The translations under genes and the position numbers were made by a program. This document shows, piece after piece, positions 40,120-49,650 of a stretch of 64,000 bases of DNA (positions are counted from its first letter, which is position 1; every line of letters starts with the position of its first letter). The notes below the pieces were generated by a model that had not been told where the DNA came from, ran no database searches, and saw nothing but the letters and a program-made list of their open reading frames with translations. The DNA comes from an uncultured virus (IMG/VR IMGVR_UViG_3300005264_001052) (taxonomy: Duplodnaviria > Heunggongvirae > Uroviricota > Caudoviricetes). Location of the stretch: IMG/VR virus record IMGVR_UViG_3300005264_001052. One strand, 5' to 3'.

Positions 40120-41153
40120 AGGAGACAGTTATGGAATTTTTTAAATATCCATCTATAGACAATGTGGATAGAATAAAAATTATTCATGAAATAATTGAAC
40201 AAGGATTTGCTAAAGAAGAATGGGTTGCTACTAACAAAATCCATGGAGCTAATTTTTCATTCTTTTGTGATAATAATAGTTTAAGAGCAGGTAAACGTAC
40301 TTCTTTTCTAGCAGAAGATGGTATAGGATTATATAATTCACAAATTATTTTCAATAAATATAAACATGTTATAAAAAGTGTATATAAATATCTAAAAATT
40401 CAGACAGAATTTGAAAGTATCATTTTATACGGAGAATTTTTTGGCGGAACATATCCACATGAAGATGTAAAAAGACTACCTGAAGCTTCTACTATTCAAA
40501 AAGGCGTATATTATTGCCCACATAATGACTTTCTTTTATTCGACATTGTGTTAGTTCAAAAGGATGGATTCAAAACATACTTAGATATAGACCAAGTAAT
40601 AGACATAGGAACAAAACATAATATTCCAACAGTAGAAATTCTTTATAGAGGAAAATTCGAAGACATGATCACACTAAATCCTGTGTTCGAAGACCCTACT
40701 TATAAACAATTTAATCTTCCTCAAATAGAAGATAATGAATCCGAGGGTTTTGTACTTAGACCAACAGTAACACATTTCTTTGGTAATGGGGCTAGAGTAA
40801 TATTAAAAAATAAAAATAAAACATTTATGGAAAAGGTAGCAGTTAAGAAAAATAAAGTTGTTATTGCTTTTCCGGATGAAGCAAAAAATATTCTCGAGAC
40901 TGGAATTAGTTATATTACTGAAAATAGACTAAGAAATGTATTATCTCATGGACATAAAGTAACCCAAAAAGATTTTGGTAAATTATTAGGGTTACTTTCA
41001 AAGGATATTCATGAAGAATTGTTACGTGATTTTAAAGATGAAATAAGCGACTTTGATAAATCTGTAAAGAAGCAATTTTCTAAAACATTTGGCAAAGAAA
41101 TAGCAAATTTTATTAGACCTCATTTTCAAAACATAATAGATGGGGAATTTTAA
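40113..41153 (+). CDS. RNA ligase, Rnl2 family (start probably 40131)
   Basis: FKYPSI, motif I NKIHGANFS, GEFFGG, FDI, EGFVLRP, LKNKN, YITENRLRNV. Confidence 0.9.
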   Translation: MVKETVMEFFKYPSIDNVDRIKIIHEIIEQGFAKEEWVATNKIHGANFSFFCDNNSLRAGKRTSFLAEDGIGLYNSQIIFNKYKHVIKSVYKYLKIQTEFESIILYGEFFGGTYPHEDVKRLPEASTIQKGVYYCPHNDFLLFDIVLVQKDGFKTYLDIDQVIDIGTKHNIPTVEILYRGKFEDMITLNPVFEDPTYKQFNLPQIEDNESEGFVLRPTVTHFFGNGARVILKNKNKTFMEKVAVKKNKVVIAFPDEAKNILETGISYITENRLRNVLSHGHKVTQKDFGKLLGLLSKDIHEELLRDFKDEISDFDKSVKKQFSKTFGKEIANFIRPHFQNIIDGEF

Positions 41154-41384
41154 TATGTATATTTGTAAAGAACATGGCCAAAAGAAAAACGATTGGTGTG
41201 ATGAGTGTAAAAAGTTACTATTCTGTAATTGTAAAAATATCATAACCACTAGATTCAAAGACTTAATGCATAAAAACGATATGTTTACTTTGGTTCTCGT
41301 GGCGCAGAGAAATCTATTAACATGATTCAAGAACGAAAGAAGATAAAAGATTTACAAAAAACAAAGAAATAAAATATCACATAC

Positions 41385-41478
41385 TCCCTAGTAGCTCAGT
41401 TGGCAGAGCGAGTGGCTGATTGGTAGAAGCATGCTAGGTTGTGACCCTAGTTATTGGGTTCGATTCCCCCGTCCACCA
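41385..41478 (+). pseudogene. Chimeric tRNA: 5' part of a tRNA-Asn-like gene joined to the 3' part of tRNA-His(GTG)
   Basis: TCCCTAGTAGCTCAGTTGGCAGAGCGAGTGGCTG, then a second D-loop and CTAGG-TTGTGAC-CCTAG, GGTTCGATTCC, CGTCCACC; the two ends cannot form an acceptor stem. Confidence 0.65.
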
Positions 41479-41492
41479 AGTAAGGAGAAAAC

Positions 41493-41756
41493 ATGAGCTT
41501 ATTACTATTAGTTATAGTATTACTCCCTACATTTATATTAGGGGTATTAGCCTGTCCATTTATTATATTTTTGCGGGCTAGAAATGATGATGCTTGGGAT
41601 GATTCTAATATGTTAAACATTATTAGACTTGTTGCTCATATAGCAGCGCACCCAAGTGACTTTGGTAGAATGTATTACAAAGACGGCAGTAAACCATTTT
41701 GGTATATAAATAAAGATGAATTTAGTGAAATAGTAGACACCAGACCTAAAAATTAG
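41493..41756 (+). CDS. Membrane-anchored hypothetical protein
   Basis: Hydrophobic N-terminus; AGGAG RBS. Confidence 0.6.
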   Translation: MSLLLLVIVLLPTFILGVLACPFIIFLRARNDDAWDDSNMLNIIRLVAHIAAHPSDFGRMYYKDGSKPFWYINKDEFSEIVDTRPKN

Positions 41757-41775
41757 TAATTAGGAATTAAGAATT

Positions 41776-42165
41776 ATGAATAAAGAATTAACAGATAAAC
41801 TTTGGAAAAAATATCCTAAAATATTTGCTGGAAAAGATAAATCCATACAAGAAAGCCTTATCCCATTCGAATTTGAATGTGGAGATGGGTGGTACTGGTT
41901 AATAGACCAATTATGTAATACTATTCAAAATTATTTAGATTCAAATAAACATCTAAAATTAGAACAAGTAGAAGCTACACAAGTTAAAGAAAAATTTGGC
42001 GGACTAAGTTTCTATATATATGGTGGAGATGAAACCATACGTGGTATGATTTGGTTAGCTGAATCTATGTCTTATAATATATGCGAGATTTGTGGCTCTA
42101 CTGAAGACATAACACAGTCAAGTGGATGGGTGTATACTAGATGTTCTAAATGTAAAGAGACTTAA
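41776..42165 (+). CDS. Conserved phage-type protein (GDGW...QVKEKFGGL...CxxC)
   Basis: Motif recognition. Confidence 0.65.
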   Translation: MNKELTDKLWKKYPKIFAGKDKSIQESLIPFEFECGDGWYWLIDQLCNTIQNYLDSNKHLKLEQVEATQVKEKFGGLSFYIYGGDETIRGMIWLAESMSYNICEICGSTEDITQSSGWVYTRCSKCKET

Positions 42166-42354
42166 ATTATGGAAATGACAGTAGTAGATGAGTTATTACT
42201 TTGGAAAAAAGGCTATCTTGATCTAAAAAAATTCATGAAGAACAAAAAGATTTATATCTAAGATCAATTTCTACTATTTATTCATTAGGAAAACTATATG
42301 AATTAGATAATATGTTAGAAAATGATGCTCGATATCATAAAGCGTATAATAAAC

Positions 42355-42438
42355 CGATGAGTGGTGGAATTGGTAGACACCCAAGACTTAAAATCTTGTG
42401 TCCATAAGGACGTGACGGTTCAACTCCGTCCTCATCGA
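42355..42438 (+). tRNA. tRNA-Leu(TAA)
   Basis: CGATGAG/CTCATCG acceptor, CAAGA-CTTAAAA-TCTTG, variable arm. Confidence 0.9.
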
Positions 42439-42510
42439 AAGTAATTAACTAACCTTTCTAATTGGTAAGGACATGCTTGTCCAAATAAACCAAAGAAAGG
42501 AAAAAAGAAA

Positions 42511-42882
42511 ATGCAGAAAATTCAAAACAGTTTAAAAGCACTATTAACGGTGTTAGTACTAATGGTACTAGTTGCAGGATGTACAGGTACTAAAAATACT
42601 TCTAAAGTATTATATGCGTCATTAGATTCAGCTACTACATTGTATAACGCTACTTATGAAGTACTAGAAGACCTAGATGCAGAAGGTAATCTTAAAGAAG
42701 AAGATAAACCTAAAATTAAAGTACTTATGGTTAAAGCAGAAGCAGCTTTAAAAGCTTCAGCAAATGCTTTAAAAATTTATGTGGAAAATTCGACTGAAGA
42801 AAATAAAATATCCGTAGAAACTAGTCTTACTGTAGTAAATAGTTTAATAGTAGATATTTGTAAATTTATAGGAGAAGACTAA
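42511..42882 (+). CDS. Lipoprotein
   Basis: Signal peptide with lipobox LVAGC. Confidence 0.75.
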   Translation: MQKIQNSLKALLTVLVLMVLVAGCTGTKNTSKVLYASLDSATTLYNATYEVLEDLDAEGNLKEEDKPKIKVLMVKAEAALKASANALKIYVENSTEENKISVETSLTVVNSLIVDICKFIGED

Positions 42883-43098
42883 ACCATGAAAACAAGCGAA
42901 ATGATAGAAATAATTAATATCATTAAAATCGTAGGTGATGTTGGTATACCTGCAGTTATGAGTGTAATTTCTACATGGAAATCTGATGAAGAAGTTACTC
43001 CAGAAATGATAGAACAACTTAAAAGTTCCATTAAACCTGCTTCAGAATTATTTGAAGACTAGGTTTTGTAGTTCATAAAAAATCCTAAATTTTATAAG

Positions 43099-43137
43099 AA
43101 AGCGTTACCAAGCACATAGCTTGATAACGCTTTTTTA
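43099..43137 (+). terminator. Intrinsic terminator
   Basis: AAGCGTTACCAAGC-ACATA-GCTTGATAACGCTT followed by a T-run. Confidence 0.75.
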
Positions 43138-43187
43138 TTATGGTCACTCTTTTTCTACAACTCAGAAAATAAAATGAGAAATTAATT

Positions 43188-43475
43188 ATGCCAAAGTTTA
43201 AAGCAGATATAAAAGATATAGGAATAAAAGAAGTAGAAGGAAAATTTACTAAATTAAAAGGATATTCTAAATTTAAATTCTTTTCATATAAAATAGGTAA
43301 AATTTGGTATATAAGAGAGTTTAAAACAGGAAGAAGGTTAGGAGATGGAAATACTGAAGCAAACGCGAAGAAAGCTAGTAAAAACTACTTAAAAGATTAC
43401 TTACATGAACAAATACAAGAAAGAATAGATGAATTAGATATAATTAATGGAGAAAACAATGAAAGAACGATATGA
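43188..43475 (+). CDS. Hypothetical protein
   Basis: ORF only. Confidence 0.5.
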   Translation: MPKFKADIKDIGIKEVEGKFTKLKGYSKFKFFSYKIGKIWYIREFKTGRRLGDGNTEANAKKASKNYLKDYLHEQIQERIDELDIINGENNERTI

Positions 43476-43569
43476 AATTTCAGAGGCTATTGAACAATTA
43501 ACTGCAATTGTAGAGGAAGCTCATGCAGTATTAATTGAAAAAACAATAAATTTTTTATAGAAGTAGAAT

Positions 43570-43881
43570 ATGATGATTAATAAAATAATAGAATACTTTT
43601 TAACTAAATTATTTAAATATTTTGATTATTATACAATTAAAGGTTATTTTGAAAATATTATACTTATTGCTTATCTTAATAATATTTCTAATAATCAAGG
43701 TAAAGAAATAGTTGAATTAATAAATAAAGCTTATAAAAAATCTGGTAGTCTTAATGATTTATCAGAATTTAAATTATTAATAGAAAAAATTGAAAATATA
43801 ACTTATACATCATTTCCTGAATTAGTTAAACTAAGAGTTATTTTAAAGCTCAAAACTATAATGGCAGACAAAAATAAATGA
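43570..43881 (+). CDS. Hypothetical protein
   Basis: ORF only. Confidence 0.45.
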   Translation: MMINKIIEYFLTKLFKYFDYYTIKGYFENIILIAYLNNISNNQGKEIVELINKAYKKSGSLNDLSEFKLLIEKIENITYTSFPELVKLRVILKLKTIMADKNK

Positions 43882-44309
43882 TAATATATATAGATATGGA
43901 CGAAGTTATTTGTGATTTTAAAGGCGCATATAAACTAATGAGGAAACTTGTACCCTCATTAGAATTTCCACAACAAGGAGTAGAATTTTGGACTAGATTA
44001 AATCCTATAGAAAATGCTATTGATAGTGTAAATATACTAAGGGAAAAATATGATGTGTACATATTATCTGCTCCTTCATACATGAATCCTGCCTCATACT
44101 CTGGGAAAAGAATTTGGATAGAAGAACATTTTGATTTAGAGTTTACTAAAAAACTTATTTTATGTCGTAATAAAGGATTACTACGTGGTGATATTTTAAT
44201 AGATGATTATATTAAAGGTAATGGGCAAGAGCATTTTGATGGAAGATTACTTCACTTCGGCGGAGAAAAATATCCTACATGGAAAGAAGTATTAAAGGAG
44301 TTAATATGA
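43878..44309 (+). CDS. 5'(3')-deoxyribonucleotidase (HAD family)
   Basis: IYIDMDEVICDF, ILSAP, KRIWI, GDILIDD. Confidence 0.85.
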   Translation: MIIYIDMDEVICDFKGAYKLMRKLVPSLEFPQQGVEFWTRLNPIENAIDSVNILREKYDVYILSAPSYMNPASYSGKRIWIEEHFDLEFTKKLILCRNKGLLRGDILIDDYIKGNGQEHFDGRLLHFGGEKYPTWKEVLKELI

Positions 44310-44699
44310 ATATTGAAGAAATAATAGGAGGAACTAATGAATAAGTACTTAATTCCTAGTCCTAACTTAAATAAGTTTTGTTTTTGGCATTCTTTTAAAG
44401 TACTAGTGTATATAGATCCTAAAAGAAATATAACTACTTTATTAAGGAATTATACTTCTCTTATATAGTTAAAACTCTTTTTTTCAACTTAACCGACCTA
44501 TAGAACGGGCCATTTTTAGAACTAGTGACTTTTTTAAAACTAGGTACCACTATTTCTTGAGTAAAAAATAAAACATTAAACTTACTAAAATAAAAATTAC
44601 AATAGAAATTTCATTTCCAGTATCCCTTATTATTTATTTACCCTCCCTGGGCTAACTAATTCCTTCCATCATTTCTGTTTATATAATGGTAGTTAAACT

Positions 44700-44737
44700 A
44701 AAAAAGCTCTAACATAAATGCTAGAGCTTTTCTTTTA
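44700..44737. terminator. Likely bidirectional terminator at the strand-convergence point
   Basis: AAAAAGCTCTAACAT-AA-ATGCTAGAGCTTTT flanked by A and T runs. Confidence 0.65.
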
Positions 44738-44756
44738 TTAAAATTTATTTGTGTGA

Positions 44757-45011
44757 TTAACTACACGTTAAACCTATAATAATACCCGTACTCAAACTGA
44801 TTCCTAGTATAAATAGTCCATAAAATACACTAACTGCCATTGGATTTTCAGATATTACTTGTTTAATATGTTTAAAAAATAATTTATCAATGAATAACAT
44901 ACCTAATACTATACTAATAATTCCAAGTATTACACATGTTAATGCATAAGTCAAATTAACCATAGCCATTGGAACAATTTTTTCTACTACTTCTACAAAA
45001 TTCTCATTCAT
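44757..45011 (-). CDS. Small membrane protein (DUF350-like)
   Basis: Two hydrophobic helices; NPMAVSVFYG. Confidence 0.55.
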   Translation of the reverse strand: MNENFVEVVEKIVPMAMVNLTYALTCVILGIISIVLGMLFIDKLFFKHIKQVISENPMAVSVFYGLFILGISLSTGIIIGLTCS

Positions 45012-45036
45012 TTTTAATTCCTTTCAATTGCTTATG

Positions 45037-45378
45037 TTAACTTATTTCACCTTCTAGTTCTGAATGTTCTGGAAGAGTAAACCCCTCTTTATCTAGGTCA
45101 TATCCTAATTTATCACAAACAACCTCAGCTAGATTAACTATTTCATTTATAGAAATTTTATTGTCTTCTACTACTTCTTCTATTTCATCTACTAACTCAG
45201 AAACTAAATCTATAATTTTTCGAGTCTTTTCACTCACCGGAAGTTCGATTTTTTCATTAATATTTTTATACATCTCAATTACTTCTTTAGCAGTAATTTT
45301 TTCATCAATGTATGCGGCGTTAAACTCTTTTCTCACGATAAAAATCCAACTTATTGCTTGTATTATACCTATCTTCAT
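45037..45378 (-). CDS. Hypothetical protein
   Basis: ORF with AGGGGA RBS. Confidence 0.55.
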   Translation of the reverse strand: MKIGIIQAISWIFIVRKEFNAAYIDEKITAKEVIEMYKNINEKIELPVSEKTRKIIDLVSELVDEIEEVVEDNKISINEIVNLAEVVCDKLGYDLDKEGFTLPEHSELEGEIS

Positions 45379-45393
45379 TTGTTAATTTCCCCT

Positions 45394-45711
45394 TTAATTA
45401 TTACAAGAAGAACAACTTCCACAAGCGCCTTCTTGTTTTAATACATCTTCTTTTTCTGTTTTAATTTGAAAACCAAAATCATTAAAAGCTATTTCTATAC
45501 TTTTTACTTCGTCTAGTAATGATTTATCGATTATAAATTTTAATCCTTTATCTTCAAATTCTATATCTGTTTTTTTTAACTCATCCAGAGCTAATGCGAA
45601 AGAAGGGCCCCCTCAACCACCAGAATTTAAAAATACTCTAATAGGGGTAGGCTCTTTATCTTTAAAGTACTCCATTATATTTATTTTTGCTGTTCCTGTC
45701 ACTTTTATCAT
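45394..45711 (-). CDS. HesB/IscA-like selenoprotein (in-frame UGA at codon 33)
   Basis: Not in ORF track. Translation MIKVTGTAKINIMEYFKDKEPTPIRVFLNSGG-U-GGPSFALALDELKKTDIEFEDKGLKFIIDKSLL...GACGSCSSCNN*; TGA at 45615..45613. Confidence 0.88.
45576..45612 (-). promoter_or_regulatory. Putative bacterial SECIS element
   Basis: TTAGCTC-TGGAT-GAGTTAA hairpin with a G-containing apical loop starting 26 nt after the UGA. Confidence 0.65.
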
Positions 45712-45769
45712 ATATTTCCCCTTTATTATATTATAATCATTGTTTTTGATTTATCAAGTTATTTCATTT

Positions 45770-46513
45770 CTAAGCGTCATTATCTTCATCTGGGTATTGA
45801 ACTCGTTTTTGGTAAATCCCCTCTAGTTCTTTACCTAAAGCAGTCTTTACTTTTTTTAAATCCCCAAGTTTCATAAAAACTTCATCTAATTGTCCATCAT
45901 TTATTAACCCATTAATAGTTGTTTCTATTACTTTAACAGGATCAAATTTTCCAGCTTGTACGTGTGACCTACTCATAGCTTCTACAGTGTCACATATCAT
46001 TAGTATGGCGGATTCAATACATGTTGGCTTAGTAGTTTTATATCTAAAGAAATCTTCAACGTCTTTGCCTGATTTTTTGAAGAAGTACTTTAATACGTTT
46101 TGTCCATGATGTTGGCTTATTATTTCAATTACTTTTCTAGGAAAGTTAGTTTCATTTATCAGTATGGCTACACTATCTGATACATGTCTAGTAATTATTT
46201 CATAACTTATTTTAGGGTCCAAATCAGAATGTTTGTCTTCGTCCTCTAATTGATTTTCAGTGAAATATTTTGGATTAAACGTTTTACCTATATCATGGTA
46301 CGTGGCTGCAAGTTTTAACATTTCAGTATCTAAATTTAATGATATACTCACACCTTCTATCATTGAAGCCAATGCTTGTGAATGTTTATATGTACCTGGG
46401 CATAAATCCCTAAATCTAGCTAATAATGGATAAGTAGTATCTAATAGTTTATTATACGTAATTTCTTCAGTAACTTCTCCATTAGTGACAGCCTTTATTT
46501 CTTCTAATGTCAT
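45770..46513 (-). CDS. Stand-alone HD-domain phosphohydrolase (PgpH / 7TM-HD cytoplasmic domain-like)
   Basis: PGTYKHS, YHDIGK...YFTENQ, IITRHV, QHHG, MICDTVEA..RS, DGQLD. Confidence 0.82.
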   Translation of the reverse strand: MTLEEIKAVTNGEVTEEITYNKLLDTTYPLLARFRDLCPGTYKHSQALASMIEGVSISLNLDTEMLKLAATYHDIGKTFNPKYFTENQLEDEDKHSDLDPKISYEIITRHVSDSVAILINETNFPRKVIEIISQHHGQNVLKYFFKKSGKDVEDFFRYKTTKPTCIESAILMICDTVEAMSRSHVQAGKFDPVKVIETTINGLINDGQLDEVFMKLGDLKKVKTALGKELEGIYQKRVQYPDEDNDA

Positions 46514-46526
46514 TGAGTACTTCCTT

Positions 46527-46874
46527 TTATTTTGTAATTATACTAGTTTCTAATTTATTTATTCGTTGACAAACTGAATCTAAATCCTCTACTATGTCAT
46601 CTAACATTAATTTAAAATTTACATCATTAGGAAAAGAGTGCACTTGAAGCATCATCGATCTTTTCTCACCTTTTAATTCTAATTTTCTATTTTTTAAATT
46701 TATTAGCTCCAAGTTAATATTAACTAACTTAATAGATTGAATTAATTCTGTTTGTGTTTGATTAACTTCGTCTGCCTTGGCATATCTCTCATCTATTGAC
46801 CCTAAAAACACAACAATTGCGGTTATACTAGCCATAAATGCTACTAATGCAGTTACAGATTTAAGATTAAACAT
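46527..46874 (-). CDS. Membrane-anchored coiled-coil protein
   Basis: N-terminal hydrophobic helix. Confidence 0.55.
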   Translation of the reverse strand: MFNLKSVTALVAFMASITAIVVFLGSIDERYAKADEVNQTQTELIQSIKLVNINLELINLKNRKLELKGEKRSMMLQVHSFPNDVNFKLMLDDIVEDLDSVCQRINKLETSIITK

Positions 46875-47043
46875 CTTTCTCCACCATTATACTGTGACAT
46901 TCATCACAAGCAGTGTTTACACCAAATTCTACATTTAGTACAAGTTTTTCTTCGCCACAATTCGGACATTTAAAAGTTTTGCCAACCTTACTAGCTTTTT
47001 CTTTTCTTTCTGAAGTTCCTGTTCTTCCATTTTCTTTATACAT
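46867..47043 (-). pseudogene. Small zinc-ribbon protein with apparent frameshift in an A-rich tract
   Basis: MYKKMEEQELQKE, then in another frame EKASKVGKTFKCPNCGEEK...CDECHSIMVEKDV*. Confidence 0.45.
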
Positions 47044-47227
47044 TTTATTTTCTCCTTTTATAATAAAAATATAGTGGGCCAGAATATAAAGAATAAAAAT
47101 GTTTGTGCTTCAAACACTAAGTTTTCTCCATTGATCCAACCTATAATAAATAGTATTCCTCCTACAGTAAAATAAACACATAGTAAAGACACTACTGTAA
47201 CAAACAACATAAGTAAGCTTCTCGTAA

Positions 47228-47713
47228 TCAAGGCATATAATCAAAGAAAGATGGGTCATACCTTAGAGCTTGTCTAAACCCAGCTTTTTTTGCCTCAACA
47301 TTATCTTTTATAAAATACATATATTTCGGCTTATTAGCCCATATTTTTAGTCGTTCATCTATAATTCTGTTACCTAAATTGTCAGTATCTATTAAAATAG
47401 GAAATTGTGATTGAAATGAGAGTCTTAACCACTTCATATACCCAGATCTCATTAATTCCCATACTATCTCATAACGTTTTTCACTTAAATCGTCTCTTTC
47501 AGTAATAAAGATTTGTCTATAATCTTTTAATAGCGAGTTTAATTTTTCGTTCACTATTCCATAATCTCCTGGGCTGATTACACTTACTACTACTCCAAAT
47601 TGTTCTATAATAAATTGAGTAGTTATATTTTTAATTATATTAGTAATATTGTAAGGAACTCTAAGAGCTCCTAACAAAATACCAGTATCATATATTGTAC
47701 GACGTAATGACAT
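47228..47713 (-). CDS. Hypothetical protein
   Basis: ORF coupled to the Clp ATPase gene. Confidence 0.55.
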   Translation of the reverse strand: MSLRRTIYDTGILLGALRVPYNITNIIKNITTQFIIEQFGVVVSVISPGDYGIVNEKLNSLLKDYRQIFITERDDLSEKRYEIVWELMRSGYMKWLRLSFQSQFPILIDTDNLGNRIIDERLKIWANKPKYMYFIKDNVEAKKAGFRQALRYDPSFFDYMP

Positions 47714-49638
47714 TACCTATTTCCTTTATTAGTTGAATGCAGCAATAATTTAGTTTCTTGTTCTTTTTCTTTATCTACTATTCTAGTAGTTACTTTATTA
47801 TTTTTCATAGAAACTACTATTTTTGCATATGGAGTAATTTCTGTATGCAATAGTACATTTGCAATTTCAGTTGAAATGTGTTTTTCAATGGCTCTTGTAA
47901 TAGGTCTTGCCCCAAATTTTACATCTACTCCTTTATCAAAAATATATTTTTTAATTTTCTTATCAAATTCTAATGTAATATCTTTATATTCTGTATCATT
48001 ATTCTTAAGGTTCTCAATAAGCTTGTACAACTCTATATCAATAATTTTCATATAACTATCTTCATCTAGATCTTTAAAATATACTATAGAATCTAATCTA
48101 TTAAGAAACTCTGGCTTAAACTTTTTCTTCAGCGCACTGTTCAATGCCCCTTCTTTTTTAGTCTCTGTTAGCACAGCTACATCACCAAAACCAATAGTTT
48201 TAGATACTTCTTCTACTTCCTGTACTCCAATATTAGAAGTCATAATTATAATAGTGTCTTTAAATGATACCGATGTTCCTTTATTATCTGTGAGCCTTCC
48301 TTCATCTAATATCTGAAGAAGTAAATCATATACTTTGGAACTGGCTTTCTCTAGTTCATCAAACACTACAACTGAAAATGGAGCCTTCTCTACGGCGTTT
48401 GTTAATATACCTCCTTGATCGTGACCAATATATCCAGCTGGACTTCCAATTAGTTTAGAATACTCATGATCAGAAGAATACTCAGAACAATCTATTACTA
48501 TTCTATTTTTTTTAGTTTTAATTAACTCATTAGCTAGAACTTTACTTGTCATAGTTTTACCACAGCCAGTTCTTCCAGCAAAAAGGAATGAACCTATTGG
48601 TTTAACTGGATCTTTAAGCCCAACACTAGCTCGATTAATTGATTCCGTCAAAACATCAACAGCATCATCTTGTCCAATAACTGAAATTTTCATCGCATTG
48701 TTTAACCCTAACAAATCCTTCTTAGAAACATCTTTAAATCTAGCTTTTTTTATTTTTTTCTTCTTTTTCGGCCCGAACCCTCTTGTTTTGGCACGTTGTA
48801 CTCCCCCAGTGTTTTCTTCACTATCTTCCATATCAGGATCTTGGAGTTCTCTAGCTCTAGTAAAATTCAATCCCTCATTGACGCCTTCTACTAATTCAAA
48901 TAGTTCTCTAATAACTTTATTAGGATCTACATTAGCCCCCATACCATCTATTCTTTCATAAATAGATTCAACATTAGTTATACAATTAGATACCATAGCA
49001 GTATTAAAACTAGTACTATTATGAAAATAACGTTGTGTTAGTATTTTTTCAATATTTTTTGGTGTATATTGTTTGATACTTATATATTCTCTTAATCTAT
49101 CCCACCATATATCTACCTCTATATAATCTAATTCTGTCAGGTCAGCGTCGTCTGCTTTATTTTTACGAGTTCTTGGCTTTTGCATATCATTTTTACTATC
49201 ATCTTTAGTAAGTGGTTTATAATTTCCCTGATCATCATAGTATGATTTATTCCAATATAAATTTTCTTCTAGCGCAATACCGTCGAACTTATCTGAAGTT
49301 TTTAATTTTAATACATGATTTTTATTTATAATTATATTAGATGGCCTTAGTGCCTTATTATGGCCTAATATTAATTCAGTGACTTCTTTTCTTAATTTTA
49401 CCAAATCAATAGTTCCGGCCATTGTTTCTGAGTTTATATGTGCCATAAATTGATTTAAATTAGCAATACAGTTCGCTATAAGGAAATCTTCATACAAACT
49501 TTTTGAAATTTTTCCACGTTCTGAAACAAAATGAGTTAATATGTCCTCTAAATCTGAGTTTGGGAGTCCTAACACTAGAATCTCATATTCTACTGTTTTT
49601 ATTACCTCTGTGTGTATTGAATGTTTATTTTCTGACAT
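47713..49638 (-). CDS. ClpA/B/C-like AAA+ ATPase with only the D2 module
   Basis: VIGQDDAV, GSFLFAGRTGCGKT, LIGSPAGYIGH, FDELEKA, ILDEGRLTD, FKPEFLNRLD, FGARP. Confidence 0.88.
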   Translation of the reverse strand: MSENKHSIHTEVIKTVEYEILVLGLPNSDLEDILTHFVSERGKISKSLYEDFLIANCIANLNQFMAHINSETMAGTIDLVKLRKEVTELILGHNKALRPSNIIINKNHVLKLKTSDKFDGIALEENLYWNKSYYDDQGNYKPLTKDDSKNDMQKPRTRKNKADDADLTELDYIEVDIWWDRLREYISIKQYTPKNIEKILTQRYFHNSTSFNTAMVSNCITNVESIYERIDGMGANVDPNKVIRELFELVEGVNEGLNFTRARELQDPDMEDSEENTGGVQRAKTRGFGPKKKKKIKKARFKDVSKKDLLGLNNAMKISVIGQDDAVDVLTESINRASVGLKDPVKPIGSFLFAGRTGCGKTMTSKVLANELIKTKKNRIVIDCSEYSSDHEYSKLIGSPAGYIGHDQGGILTNAVEKAPFSVVVFDELEKASSKVYDLLLQILDEGRLTDNKGTSVSFKDTIIIMTSNIGVQEVEEVSKTIGFGDVAVLTETKKEGALNSALKKKFKPEFLNRLDSIVYFKDLDEDSYMKIIDIELYKLIENLKNNDTEYKDITLEFDKKIKKYIFDKGVDVKFGARPITRAIEKHISTEIANVLLHTEITPYAKIVVSMKNNKVTTRIVDKEKEQETKLLLHSTNKGNR

Positions 49639-49650
49639 AATTATATCTCC

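Noticed and set aside
45613..45615. Genome-wide TGA reassignment (alternative genetic code)
   Set aside because: Long genes are intact in code 11 and TGA ends coupled genes (e.g. ATGA overlaps at 2004..2007 and 8897..8900). This UGA sits at a Cys-equivalent site with a SECIS-like hairpin.
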